Assembly (NCBI GenBank): GCA_002305125.1
Contig: DBQG01000001.1
Span: forward strand, 1 to 43,536
DNA from: Patescibacteria group bacterium UBA1400
Lineage (GTDB): Bacteria > Patescibacteriota > Microgenomatia > UBA1400
Reading direction: 5' to 3'
Length of the DNA stretch: 43,536 bases
Shown piece by piece: positions 25,524 to 35,175 of this stretch. The translations under genes were made by a program, and so were the position numbers. Below the pieces are notes generated by a model. That model did no database searches. It was not told where the DNA came from and worked only from the letters and a program-made list of their open reading frames with translations. Each line of letters starts with the position of its first letter. Within the stretch, counting starts at the first letter, position 1.

Positions 25524-26204
25524 ATGAAAAAGTTAATATTAAGAGCAGATAAAAGACAGCTTTTAGGTCGAAAAGTTAAAGCCCTAAGAAAAGACGGTTT
25601 GTTGCCGGCTAATATTTATGGCAAGAAAATAAAATCTCAGGCGATTAAAGTTGCTGTTAAAGACTTCATGGAGATTTTTAAACAGGTTGGAGAAACAGGA
25701 GTAGTTGAAGTAAGTCTAGGTTCTGAAAAAACCCCCTATTCAGTTCTAATTCATAATTTACAAGTTGATCCTGTTTCAGGAGAGCCGTTGCATGCTGACT
25801 TGAGAAATATTGACTTGCTTGAAAAAGTAGAAGTAGCTATTCCGGTTGAGTTGGTCGGTGATGCTCCTGGTGTTACCAAGGGTGGAATTTTAGTTCAAGT
25901 AATGAATGAAGTTGAAGTGGAAGCTCTTCCCACGGACCTTCCTGATAAATTTGAAGTTGACATTTCTGGTCTAGAAGAAGCCGGTCAATCAATTTTGGTT
26001 AAAGATCTTAAAGTTAATAAAGATAAAATAAAAGTTTTGGCTGATGAAGAGCAAGTAATAACAAAGGTTGAAGCTCCAAAAGAAGAAAAAGAAGAAGTTC
26101 CAGCTGTGGCAGAAGCTCCTGAAACACCAGAGGGAGAAGCTAAGCCTGCAGAAGAAAAAGCAGAAGAAAAGCCTGAACAAAAAGAAGAACAACAGGAAAA
26201 ATAA
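25524..26204 (+). CDS. rplY: 50S ribosomal protein L25/CTC
   Basis: LRKDGLLPANIYG, QVDPVSGEPLHAD, ALPTDLP, acidic tail. Confidence 0.97.
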   Translation: MKKLILRADKRQLLGRKVKALRKDGLLPANIYGKKIKSQAIKVAVKDFMEIFKQVGETGVVEVSLGSEKTPYSVLIHNLQVDPVSGEPLHADLRNIDLLEKVEVAIPVELVGDAPGVTKGGILVQVMNEVEVEALPTDLPDKFEVDISGLEEAGQSILVKDLKVNKDKIKVLADEEQVITKVEAPKEEKEEVPAVAEAPETPEGEAKPAEEKAEEKPEQKEEQQEK

Positions 26205-26251
26205 CTCTTAAGAACCCCTTTTTTTATTTTAGCTGTTAATTACTATTTGTT

Positions 26252-26848
26252 TTATTGACTTATAATACTTTTAATTGCAGTGGTAGTTTCACTGTTGGGA
26301 TCAAGATAAAAAGCAGCATTCCAAGCCTTTAAGGCCTCTTCATCTTTATAAGTTTGCCAATAAGCAAGGGATAGTCGGTAATAAATATCTTTAGCAAATG
26401 GTTTAGCCTTTAAAACTAACTGATAACTGTTTATTTGTTGATTTATTTGCTCTGGCTTGTTTACTATGTTATGACATAAACTGATTAAAGCCTGATTTTG
26501 TTTTTTAAAGTCAAAAATAGAAAAAAGATTAGCCAGGGCTTGAACACGGTGAACTTCTTTTAGGGCCAAATCAAAGTAGCCGTTGCTAAAAAACTGCTCG
26601 GTAAGAAGAACGTGTTTTTTTAAAGACAACGGTTGTCTGGCCGATTCAAGCAAAGCATTTTTAAAACCTCCTCTTGGAATTAAAAAAGCAGTAAGCTGAA
26701 TTATAAAAATAAACATAAGTAAGGAAAATTTTATATTAGTTAAGTTAAACCACCTTTGAGCAATGCAAAGAAAAAAGTTGTCAGTTGTTTTTGCGGCAAC
26801 TAACTTTTTACTGGTAGTTTTAATGATAATCCTTTTATAAAAACCCAT
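26252..26848 (-). CDS. Membrane-anchored TPR-containing protein (start uncertain)
   Basis: One hydrophobic segment; C-terminal TPR-like IYYRLSLAYWQ...EEALKAWNAAFYLDPN. Confidence 0.65.
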   Translation of the reverse strand: MGFYKRIIIKTTSKKLVAAKTTDNFFLCIAQRWFNLTNIKFSLLMFIFIIQLTAFLIPRGGFKNALLESARQPLSLKKHVLLTEQFFSNGYFDLALKEVHRVQALANLFSIFDFKKQNQALISLCHNIVNKPEQINQQINSYQLVLKAKPFAKDIYYRLSLAYWQTYKDEEALKAWNAAFYLDPNSETTTAIKSIISQ

Positions 26849-27108
26849 ATGTGTTTATGTTTTATTAATAAAAGTTTTTAATATAAATGATTTAATCATA
26901 ATATAAACTAACTGTTTAAGTAATTAAACCCCAAATATTTTAACATTCGGTCTTTATTGTTATAACAAAAATTTTTCATAACAGGGTTAGAACCAAAAAA
27001 AGATAGTAAAAAACTATTGGACTAGTTGATATATTAGTTAAAAGTTAAGGTTTGTAAAAAATTTAGTTATTTAAGGTTCTCAAAATTAGAAATAAATATT
27101 TTAGTCAG

Positions 27109-29373
27109 TTATTTTTTAGGCCAGAAAGAAGAGGCTAATAATCCTTTAGCTTGAGGAAATTGTTGCCAAATAGTTTCCGTTACAAACGGCATAAAGGGAT
27201 GAAGAAGCTTGAGGCTGGTTAAGTAAACATGAGTTAAAACCGCTAAGACTACGGGATCTTTTTCTTCCAGCCTTTTTTTAGAAGCTTCTAAATATTTATC
27301 AGCAAATTCATGCCACAAAAATTGGTAAATGAGTTCTCCGGCTAAAGAAAACTTATAGTTTTCTAAATGCTCAGTTATTTTTGAAATAATTTTCTCCAAA
27401 CCGCCTATAATAGATTTGTCTTCTTTTTTAAGACCCTTAAGGGTCGGATGATATAAAGGAATTTTTTTGTTTGTTTTTTCCAAATTTAAAAATATAAATC
27501 TGCCTATATTCCAAACTTTATTAGCAAAGTTACGGTATCCTTTTATTTTGTCATCACCAACAGAAACATCATTGCCCGGAGAGGCACCAACAATTAAGGC
27601 CATTCTTAGAGCATCGGCCCCATGTTGGCTTATTACTTTTAAAGGATCAACAACATTTCCCTTGGACTTGCTCATTTTTTCTCCAAAAGCATCTCTAACC
27701 AAACCGTGAAGATAAACAGTGTGAAAGGGAGGCATTTTTGTTTGAAACAAGCTAAGCATAATCATTTTAGCTACCCAGATAGGTAGGATTTCATAACCCG
27801 TTTCCATAACCGAGGTTGGATACCAGTATTTATAATCAGATCCGTTAGGATAACCAAGGGCGTTATGGGCCCATTGGCCTGAAGAAAACCAGGTATCAAA
27901 AGTGTCGGGGTCTTGAATAATGGTAGTTTTTTTACCACACTTATCGCATTTTTTAGGTTTATTAATCGTGACCATGGTGTGTCCACACCCTTGTTTTTTT
28001 TGGGCTAATTTAGGATTCATTTGTTTTTGTAAAGAAGACAGGCCGTTGGAGCCGCAATACCAGATAGGTAGCCTGTGTCCCCACCACAACTGTCTGGAGA
28101 CGCACCAATCATGAAGGTTGTTCATCCAGTCAAGATAGTTTTTCTTAAATCTTTTGGGAAGGATTTTAACTAACTTATTTTTGACAGGTAAGCTGCCAAA
28201 CTCTTTTAAAGCGGCTTTGTCAGTTTTTAATAAATTTTTTAAATCTTTAGTTTTTATATTTATTTTTTTAGTGGTAGAAATAAACCATTGCCGGGAAACC
28301 ATGGGTTCAATAATGGTTTTGCAGCGCTCACAGTGCCCTACTGAGTGAAGATAAGCTCTTTCTTTAATGAGAAGATTTTTTCTATTTAAATATTCTATAA
28401 TTTTGGCTCTTGCATCATTTGCCTTAAGACCGATATATGAACCGGCGTTTTTATTCATTCTGTTGTTAAAATCAATAACGGAAATAACTTTTAATTGATG
28501 TTTTTCTCCTACTTTCCAGTCATCAGAATCATGGGCAGGAGTAACTTTAACCACACCCGTGCCAAATTCAGGATCAACATAGTTGTCTGCTATTACCGGG
28601 ATTTCTCTTTTAACTATTGGTAGCTTGATTGTTTGTCCGATAAATTTTTGATAACGGGTATCTTCAGGATTAACAGCCACAGCTGTATCTCCCATCATGG
28701 TTTCTGGTCTAGTGGTTGCTACTACTAAAAATCTTTGTTGTCCAGTAATCTGAGCCTTATCTTTCAGGGGGTACTTAATATACCAGAGCTTGCTTTTAAT
28801 TTCTTTATACTCTACTTCCAGATCAGACAGGGCGGTCATGCAGCGAGGACACCAGTTTATTAACCTTGTTCCCCGATAAGCCAAGCCTTCTTTATATAGT
28901 TTGATAAAAGTTAGTAATACCTGTTTAGAGACGTCTTTGTCCAAAGTAAATTTTTCTCTGGTCCAATCACAGGACGTACCCAATTTTTTAAACTGATCAT
29001 ACATTATTTCTTTGTTTTTTAAAGTAAAGCAAAGACATTCTTTAAAAAATTTTTTTCTACCCAGATCAAATCTTGTTTTTCCTTCTTTGGCTAGTTTTTT
29101 TTCAAAAACTACCTGGGTTAAGATGCCGGCGTGGTCAGCTCCCGGCAAAAGGAGAACTGATAGTCCTTTCATTCTTTGAAATCGGGCTAAAATATCTTCT
29201 ACGGTTAAAAACATGGCATGTCCGATATGAAGAGGAGCATTGGCATTGGGGGGAGGCATAACAATGCAAAAAGGCTGCTTTTTTTTGTCTTTAATAGCAG
29301 TAAAAACCTTATTTTTTTCCCAAAGGTTATAAATATCTTGTTCAAAAGCTTGTGGCTGGTAACGTTTATTCAT
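27109..29373 (-). CDS. valS: Valine--tRNA ligase (short form, no C-terminal coiled-coil arm)
   Basis: PPPNA..LHIGHA, VATTRPETM, WCVSRQLWWGHR, DTWFSS, KMSKSKGN, LHPFMPFVTE. Confidence 0.97.
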   Translation of the reverse strand: MNKRYQPQAFEQDIYNLWEKNKVFTAIKDKKKQPFCIVMPPPNANAPLHIGHAMFLTVEDILARFQRMKGLSVLLLPGADHAGILTQVVFEKKLAKEGKTRFDLGRKKFFKECLCFTLKNKEIMYDQFKKLGTSCDWTREKFTLDKDVSKQVLLTFIKLYKEGLAYRGTRLINWCPRCMTALSDLEVEYKEIKSKLWYIKYPLKDKAQITGQQRFLVVATTRPETMMGDTAVAVNPEDTRYQKFIGQTIKLPIVKREIPVIADNYVDPEFGTGVVKVTPAHDSDDWKVGEKHQLKVISVIDFNNRMNKNAGSYIGLKANDARAKIIEYLNRKNLLIKERAYLHSVGHCERCKTIIEPMVSRQWFISTTKKINIKTKDLKNLLKTDKAALKEFGSLPVKNKLVKILPKRFKKNYLDWMNNLHDWCVSRQLWWGHRLPIWYCGSNGLSSLQKQMNPKLAQKKQGCGHTMVTINKPKKCDKCGKKTTIIQDPDTFDTWFSSGQWAHNALGYPNGSDYKYWYPTSVMETGYEILPIWVAKMIMLSLFQTKMPPFHTVYLHGLVRDAFGEKMSKSKGNVVDPLKVISQHGADALRMALIVGASPGNDVSVGDDKIKGYRNFANKVWNIGRFIFLNLEKTNKKIPLYHPTLKGLKKEDKSIIGGLEKIISKITEHLENYKFSLAGELIYQFLWHEFADKYLEASKKRLEEKDPVVLAVLTHVYLTSLKLLHPFMPFVTETIWQQFPQAKGLLASSFWPKK

Positions 29374-29639
29374 ACAAAAAAGCAGGTTTCATTAAAAAAT
29401 CCCCATAGGGAATACTTATCTTTATTTTACCTTAAAAGAGAAAACTTTCCAAGTTATAAACGATGTTTTAAGAATGCTTTCTCTCTAATTTTAGATTTTG
29501 CTTTATTGTTTCTGCGTGAAGAAGTTCAAAAACATTATTAAACTAATCAGATAAGGGAGGTTTTTATGGGTTGTAAAATTTTTAGGCTTATTTGCTCTTT
29601 TTTAAAGTTTAATTTTTGAAAAATGTTAAAATTAACTAT

Positions 29640-30278
29640 ATGAAAATTGAAGTTTTACCGGTTGGTCAGTTAAGGGCCAATTGCTATCTTGTTTATGATA
29701 ATAAAGGAAAATGTTTTATTATTGATCCTGGAGATGATGCTGAGTTTATAATAAACAGGATTAAAGATCTTGATTTATTGCCAAAGGCAGTTCTTGCTAC
29801 CCATGGGCATTTTGATCATGTTTTAGGAGCAGTTGAGCTTCAACTGGGTTTTAATGTTCCTTTTTATATTCATAAACAAGATGCTTCGCTTGTAAAACGT
29901 GCTTCCAAAACAGCCAAGTTTTTTTTAGGAACAAATTTAGGTCCTAGTCCGGAGCCAGATGGTTTTTTTTCCCAAGAAGAATTGAATTTATCTGATTTTA
30001 AACTTCAAGTACTTCATACCCCCGGACATACTCCCGGTGGAGTTAGTTTTTACTGTGTCAAACAAAGCTTAGTTTTTGTCGGTGATCTTCTTTTTGCCCA
30101 GGGAGGATATGGTCGGACTGACCTTGCCGGTGGAAATTATATGTTATTGCAAAAATCAATTAAAAAGATTCTTTCTTTGCCTGATCAAACCATTATTTAT
30201 CCAGGACATGGTGAGGTTACCAGCGTTGGTCAGGAAAAAGAGTTTTGGAATAATAACAATCAGGATCTGCTGGTATAA
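29640..30278 (+). CDS. MBL-fold metallo-hydrolase (glyoxalase II-like)
   Basis: THGHFDH, HTPGHTPG, VGD, YPGHG. Start moved to ATG 29640, 7 nt after TGTTAAAAT. Confidence 0.92.
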   Translation: MKIEVLPVGQLRANCYLVYDNKGKCFIIDPGDDAEFIINRIKDLDLLPKAVLATHGHFDHVLGAVELQLGFNVPFYIHKQDASLVKRASKTAKFFLGTNLGPSPEPDGFFSQEELNLSDFKLQVLHTPGHTPGGVSFYCVKQSLVFVGDLLFAQGGYGRTDLAGGNYMLLQKSIKKILSLPDQTIIYPGHGEVTSVGQEKEFWNNNNQDLLV

Positions 30279-30337
30279 TATTATTTGCTTTAAGCAGGCA
30301 GTAGCTTTTATAAAATATTTTTATTTTTCAACTTGTT

Positions 30338-32326
30338 ATGGATAAATTTAAATTAGTTTCTTCTTATAAGCCTAAAGGAGACCAGCCGGAGGCAATTAAC
30401 AAGCTAATTGCCGGTCTTAAAAATAATCACAACCATCAGGTTTTGCTGGGGGTAACCGGCAGCGGCAAGACTTTTACAATTGCCAATGTAATAGAAAAGA
30501 CTCAGCTGCCGACTCTGATTATTTCTCATAACAAAACCCTGGCAGCTCAACTTTATCAAGAGGTTAAAGAGTTTTTTCCTCATAGTCCGGTTTCCTACTT
30601 TGTTTCTTACTATGATTATTATCAGCCTGAAGCTTATCTACCCTCATCTGACACTTATATTGCCAAAGAAGTGGATATTAACCCCCTTATAGATCAGTTA
30701 AGACTACAGGCTACAGCCAATATTTTTTCTTACCCAAGAAGCATTGTTATAGCCTCTGTTTCCTGTATTTATAATATCGGTGCCCCTCAGACTTATCAGG
30801 AAAAGACTTTTTTGCTTAAAAAAGGAGCTAAGGGAAGTCTGAATGCTTCACAGGAAAAACTAGTAGATCTTTACTATCAAAAAGCTTTAACTGATTTTAC
30901 TTCAGGTACTTTTAGGCAAAGAGGTGAGCGGTTGGATATTTTCCTGCCTTATTTTGAGGACAAGGTTTTAAGAGTGTTTTTTGCCAAAGACCAGGTGGTT
31001 AAGCTTGAACTGCAAAGTATTGTTTCCGGAAAACTGGAAGAAAAAGAGAGCTTTGCTGTTTATCCGGCAAAGCATTATTTAACAGGCTTTGATAATTTAG
31101 ACAGTATTTTTACGGCTATTAAAAAAGAAGTAGAAGAGCAGGTTAAGTTTTTTAAAGACCAGGGAAGGGAAATAGAAGCTTACAGAATTGAAAAAAAAGT
31201 TAATTATGATTTACAGATGATTTCTCAAACAGGCTATGTTAATGGAATTGAAAATTACTCCCGCTACTTTGATGGCCGGGCACCTGGGGAGGCTCCTTAC
31301 TCTTTGGTTGATTATTTTAAATTTAAATTTGGAAATGATTTTTTAGTTGTTTTGGACGAGTCTCATGTTACCATTCCTCAGATAAGAGGAATGTATAATG
31401 GAGATGAAGCTAGAAAAAAGATTTTAATTGACTTTGGTTTCCGGCTGCCTTCAGCTTTAGATAACAGGCCTTTAAAGTTTGCTGAGTTTATGGCTAGAGT
31501 TCCTCGGGCTATTTATGTCTCTGCCACTCCCACAGATTGGGAAAAGGAAAAAAGCCAGGGAAGAGTTATAGAGCAGGTTATAAGACCCACTGGTCTTATT
31601 GATCCGCCGATAACTGTAAAACCAGCAGAAAACCAAATTGTTGATTTGATTAAACAAATAAAAAAGAAAAAGCAAAAAGGCCAAAGAGTATTAGTAGTAA
31701 CCTTAACTAAAAGGTTAGCAGAAGACTTAGCGTCTTACTTGTCTGATTCTAATAAGACCGGTACCAGCCTTAAAGTTACTTATCTTCACGCAGAAATAGA
31801 TACCTTAAAAAGATCAGATGTATTGGCTGATTTAAGGTCAGGAAACTTTGATGTTCTGGTGGGAATAAATTTACTCAGAGAAGGGCTGGATCTTCCTGAA
31901 GTGGGATTGGTAGCTATTCTAGAGGCGGATAAACAAGGATTCCTGCGTTCAAAAACAAGTTTAATTCAGATTATGGGCAGGGCGGCCAGAAATATAGCAG
32001 GAGAGGTTATTTTATATGCTGATCAAAAGTCCTTAGCTATGAAACAGGCGATGGCCGAAGTGGAAAGGCGGAGAGAAAAGCAATTGACCTATAATAAAAA
32101 ACATAATATTACTCCTGAGTCTATTAAAAAGGCCATAAGGCCAAGAATTATTGAAGAAGAAAAAGAAGAAGAAGAAAAGCCTGATTTGGCCCAGCTTACA
32201 CCCCAAGAAAGAAGAAACTTGCAAAAAGACTTGGAGAAAAAAATGAGGCAGGCAGCCAGGGATCTTGATTTTGAACTGGCCGCCAAACTTAGGGACAAGA
32301 TTGATATTGTGAAAGATTATAGTTAA
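30338..32326 (+). CDS. uvrB: Excinuclease ABC subunit B
   Basis: GVTGSGKT, YYDYYQPEAY, DESH, GINLLREGLD, GRAARN, C-terminal UVR domain. Confidence 0.99.
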   Translation: MDKFKLVSSYKPKGDQPEAINKLIAGLKNNHNHQVLLGVTGSGKTFTIANVIEKTQLPTLIISHNKTLAAQLYQEVKEFFPHSPVSYFVSYYDYYQPEAYLPSSDTYIAKEVDINPLIDQLRLQATANIFSYPRSIVIASVSCIYNIGAPQTYQEKTFLLKKGAKGSLNASQEKLVDLYYQKALTDFTSGTFRQRGERLDIFLPYFEDKVLRVFFAKDQVVKLELQSIVSGKLEEKESFAVYPAKHYLTGFDNLDSIFTAIKKEVEEQVKFFKDQGREIEAYRIEKKVNYDLQMISQTGYVNGIENYSRYFDGRAPGEAPYSLVDYFKFKFGNDFLVVLDESHVTIPQIRGMYNGDEARKKILIDFGFRLPSALDNRPLKFAEFMARVPRAIYVSATPTDWEKEKSQGRVIEQVIRPTGLIDPPITVKPAENQIVDLIKQIKKKKQKGQRVLVVTLTKRLAEDLASYLSDSNKTGTSLKVTYLHAEIDTLKRSDVLADLRSGNFDVLVGINLLREGLDLPEVGLVAILEADKQGFLRSKTSLIQIMGRAARNIAGEVILYADQKSLAMKQAMAEVERRREKQLTYNKKHNITPESIKKAIRPRIIEEEKEEEEKPDLAQLTPQERRNLQKDLEKKMRQAARDLDFELAAKLRDKIDIVKDYS

Positions 32327-32514
32327 TTTTTTAGAGCTTTTCGACTGGTTTCTTAGCTTTTAAAATGTTATAATCTTTAGGCCATAAATGAAGTGTTCAT
32401 TTTTCATTGACGGCGGTTTTCTAGTGGTAGCGTTTACCTCGTTTTCTCTTTTGGTAATGTAAAAATTTATGATTTTAATTAATCTATTTTTAATTTAAAT
32501 AAGTGGGGAAAGTT

Positions 32515-35175
32515 ATGGACAAGATAATCATTAAGGGTGCCAGAGAACATAATCTTAAAGATGTTAATCTGGAGATTCCTAAAGGCAAGTTGGTGGTATT
32601 TACCGGCGTTTCCGGTTCAGGAAAATCCTCCTTGGCCTTTGATACTTTGTATGCTGAGGGTCAAAGACGGTATGTGGAAAGCCTATCTTCTTATGCCCGG
32701 CAGTTTTTACAGACTTCAGGCAGGCCTGACGTCGATTATATTGAAGGTTTATCACCCTCTATTGCTATTGATCAGAAAAGCATTTCTTCCAATCCCCGGT
32801 CTACCGTAGGAACGGTGACGGAAATTTATGATTATCTGCGCCTACTTTTTGCCCGTATTGGTCATCCTCATTGCCCTCAGTGTGGAAATGAGATTTCTCA
32901 GCAGTCAATTCAGGAAATAGTAAACCTTGTTTGGGAAGAGGTAAAACAGGAAGTTTTGCAGTCTGGAGTAGTCAAAATTTACTTTTTATCTCCTGTTATC
33001 AGATCAAGGAAAGGCAGTTTTGAACAGTTATTTTTAAGTTTGAAAAAACAGGGTTATGAGCGAGCCAGGGTAGATAATTTTTTGGTTAATCTCAACAAAG
33101 AAATTAACCTTTTAAAAAATAACAAACATACAATTGAAGCAGTTACTGACAGATTAATGGTAAGGTCTTCTGACTTAAAAAAGGAAAAAGAGCTGAAGTC
33201 AAGATTTTTTGAGGCTGCAAGACAGGCCTTGACTTTATCTGATGGTTTTTTAATTTTAAGCAGAGTAATAGATCCGGGCTTTACCTTAACGGACAGTCCT
33301 AAAAGTTGGCATGATAAACTTTTCTCAGAACACTATGCTTGCCCCAAATGTAACATTTCTGTTCATCAGCTTCAGCCCAATTCTTTTTCTTTTAACTCTC
33401 CTATTGGTGCCTGCATTGAGTGTAAAGGTTTGGGGGTAAAGTTAAGCATTGACAGGAGCAGGATGCCTGAATGGCGGGCACAAAAGTTTGAAAGCCGTTA
33501 CTACTCTACTTCTTCTGAATATATAAGGAAAGAGATAGAAAAAATGATGATTAAAAAAATATGTCCTCTTTGCCGGGGAGCTAGATTAAAGCAGGAGATG
33601 TTGTCAGTAACTGTAAATGGTAAAAATATTCATGAGATTACCTTAATGCCTTTGGCTAAACTTGAAAATTGGTTTATTAATTTGCCTAAAAATTTGACGT
33701 CAGAAAAGGAAAAAAAGATAAGCCAGCCGATTTTAAAAGAGATTCAAACTAGACTTAAATTTTTATTGGCGGTTGGTCTTGATTATTTAGATCTTGCTCG
33801 GAATGCTGGAAGCTTGTCAACCGGAGAAGGGCAAAGAATCAGGCTGGCTAGTCAAATAGGTACGGGATTAACAGGAGTATTATATATTTTGGACGAACCG
33901 ACCGTTGGTCTTCATCCCCGCGATAACCAAAGATTGATAAAGACCTTAAAAAGACTACGTGATATTGGAAATAATCCAATTATCATTGAACATGACATTG
34001 AGGTTATGGCTGAAGCTGATTGGATTGTTGATTTTGGCCCTTTAGCCGGGAAAAAGGGAGGTCAGGTCGTTGCCCAAGGAAAACTGGAACAGCTTAAAAA
34101 AGATAAGAATTCTTTAACTGGCATGTATCTTTCTGGGGAAAAAAAGATTCCTGTTTATCCTAAGAAAAAAAACTTTGATCGTTGGTTAAGGATTATGGGT
34201 GCCAGTCAGTATAACCTTAAACAGGTTAATTTGGAGTTTCCCCTAAACAGTCTGGTTTGTATTACCGGCGTTTCCGGTTCGGGTAAATCTACTCTGGTTG
34301 AAGAGATTTTATACAGGGCTTTAAAAAAGTATTTTAATCCTGAATTTGACGAAGAAGTGGGAAGTTTTGCCAACCTTTTCGGAGCAGAAAATTTAGATAG
34401 GGTTTTATTGGTTGATCAAAGCCCCATCGGAAAAACCTCAAGATCTAATCCGGCTACTTATATTTCGGTATTTACTGAGATAAGAGATTTATTTTCCCAA
34501 ACCAAAGAGGCGAAGCTTAAAGGTTTTGATAAAACTTTTTTCTCTTTTAACACTAAAGGGGGCCGTTGCGAAGCTTGTCAAGGTCAGGGTGAGATTAAAA
34601 TAGAGATGCAGTTTTTGTCAGACCTTTGGGTTAAATGTGATGTTTGTTCTGGTTTCCGTTTTATTGACGAGGTGTTGGATATAACCTGGAAAGATAAAAA
34701 TATTTATGAAGTATTACAACTTACTGTAGAAGAGGGTTTGGAATTTTTTAAGGATATGCCTAGAATAAAAAGCAAACTGGAGAAATTAAAAGAGATAGGT
34801 CTTGACTATTTAACTTTGGGCCAGCCTTCGCCGACCCTATCCGGAGGTGAATCTCAAAGATTAAAACTGGCTAGAGAATTGGTTAAGCCTAGTCAAGGAA
34901 GCACTATTTATATTTTAGATGAACCGACCGTTGGTCTCCATTTTCATGATTTAAACAAACTACTTTTAATTTTAAAAAAGTTAATTGAAAAAGGAAACAG
35001 CATTGTTATTATTGAACACAACCTTGATATTATTAAAAACGCTGATTGGTTGGTTGATTTAGGACCCGAAGGGGGAGATAGGGGTGGAGAGATTGTGGCT
35101 CAGGGAAGACCTGAGGAGATTTTAGACAACACCAGATCCTATACAGTTAGTTTTTTAAAAGATTATTTAAAATGA
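32515..35175 (+). CDS. uvrA: Excinuclease ABC subunit A
   Basis: Two GVSGSGKS Walker A motifs, LSTGEGQR and LSGGESQR signatures, Zn-finger cysteines. Start is ATG 32515 or GTG 32503. Confidence 0.99.
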   Translation: MDKIIIKGAREHNLKDVNLEIPKGKLVVFTGVSGSGKSSLAFDTLYAEGQRRYVESLSSYARQFLQTSGRPDVDYIEGLSPSIAIDQKSISSNPRSTVGTVTEIYDYLRLLFARIGHPHCPQCGNEISQQSIQEIVNLVWEEVKQEVLQSGVVKIYFLSPVIRSRKGSFEQLFLSLKKQGYERARVDNFLVNLNKEINLLKNNKHTIEAVTDRLMVRSSDLKKEKELKSRFFEAARQALTLSDGFLILSRVIDPGFTLTDSPKSWHDKLFSEHYACPKCNISVHQLQPNSFSFNSPIGACIECKGLGVKLSIDRSRMPEWRAQKFESRYYSTSSEYIRKEIEKMMIKKICPLCRGARLKQEMLSVTVNGKNIHEITLMPLAKLENWFINLPKNLTSEKEKKISQPILKEIQTRLKFLLAVGLDYLDLARNAGSLSTGEGQRIRLASQIGTGLTGVLYILDEPTVGLHPRDNQRLIKTLKRLRDIGNNPIIIEHDIEVMAEADWIVDFGPLAGKKGGQVVAQGKLEQLKKDKNSLTGMYLSGEKKIPVYPKKKNFDRWLRIMGASQYNLKQVNLEFPLNSLVCITGVSGSGKSTLVEEILYRALKKYFNPEFDEEVGSFANLFGAENLDRVLLVDQSPIGKTSRSNPATYISVFTEIRDLFSQTKEAKLKGFDKTFFSFNTKGGRCEACQGQGEIKIEMQFLSDLWVKCDVCSGFRFIDEVLDITWKDKNIYEVLQLTVEEGLEFFKDMPRIKSKLEKLKEIGLDYLTLGQPSPTLSGGESQRLKLARELVKPSQGSTIYILDEPTVGLHFHDLNKLLLILKKLIEKGNSIVIIEHNLDIIKNADWLVDLGPEGGDRGGEIVAQGRPEEILDNTRSYTVSFLKDYLK

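Noticed and set aside
26849..27108. AT-rich gap with short palindromes (TTTTATTAATAAAA, ATGATTTAATCAT, TTGTTATAACAA)
   Set aside because: Expected by chance at this AT content; there is no shared motif or periodicity.
29374..29615. T-box riboswitch upstream of valS
   Set aside because: No T-box consensus was found. Only a 4-bp TCCC/GGGA stem before a T-run is present, too weak to call.
30279..30337. LexA/SOS box upstream of uvrB (uvrA upstream region also checked)
   Set aside because: No CTGT-N8-ACAG or GAAC-N4-GTTC match was recognised; only extended -10 elements are present.
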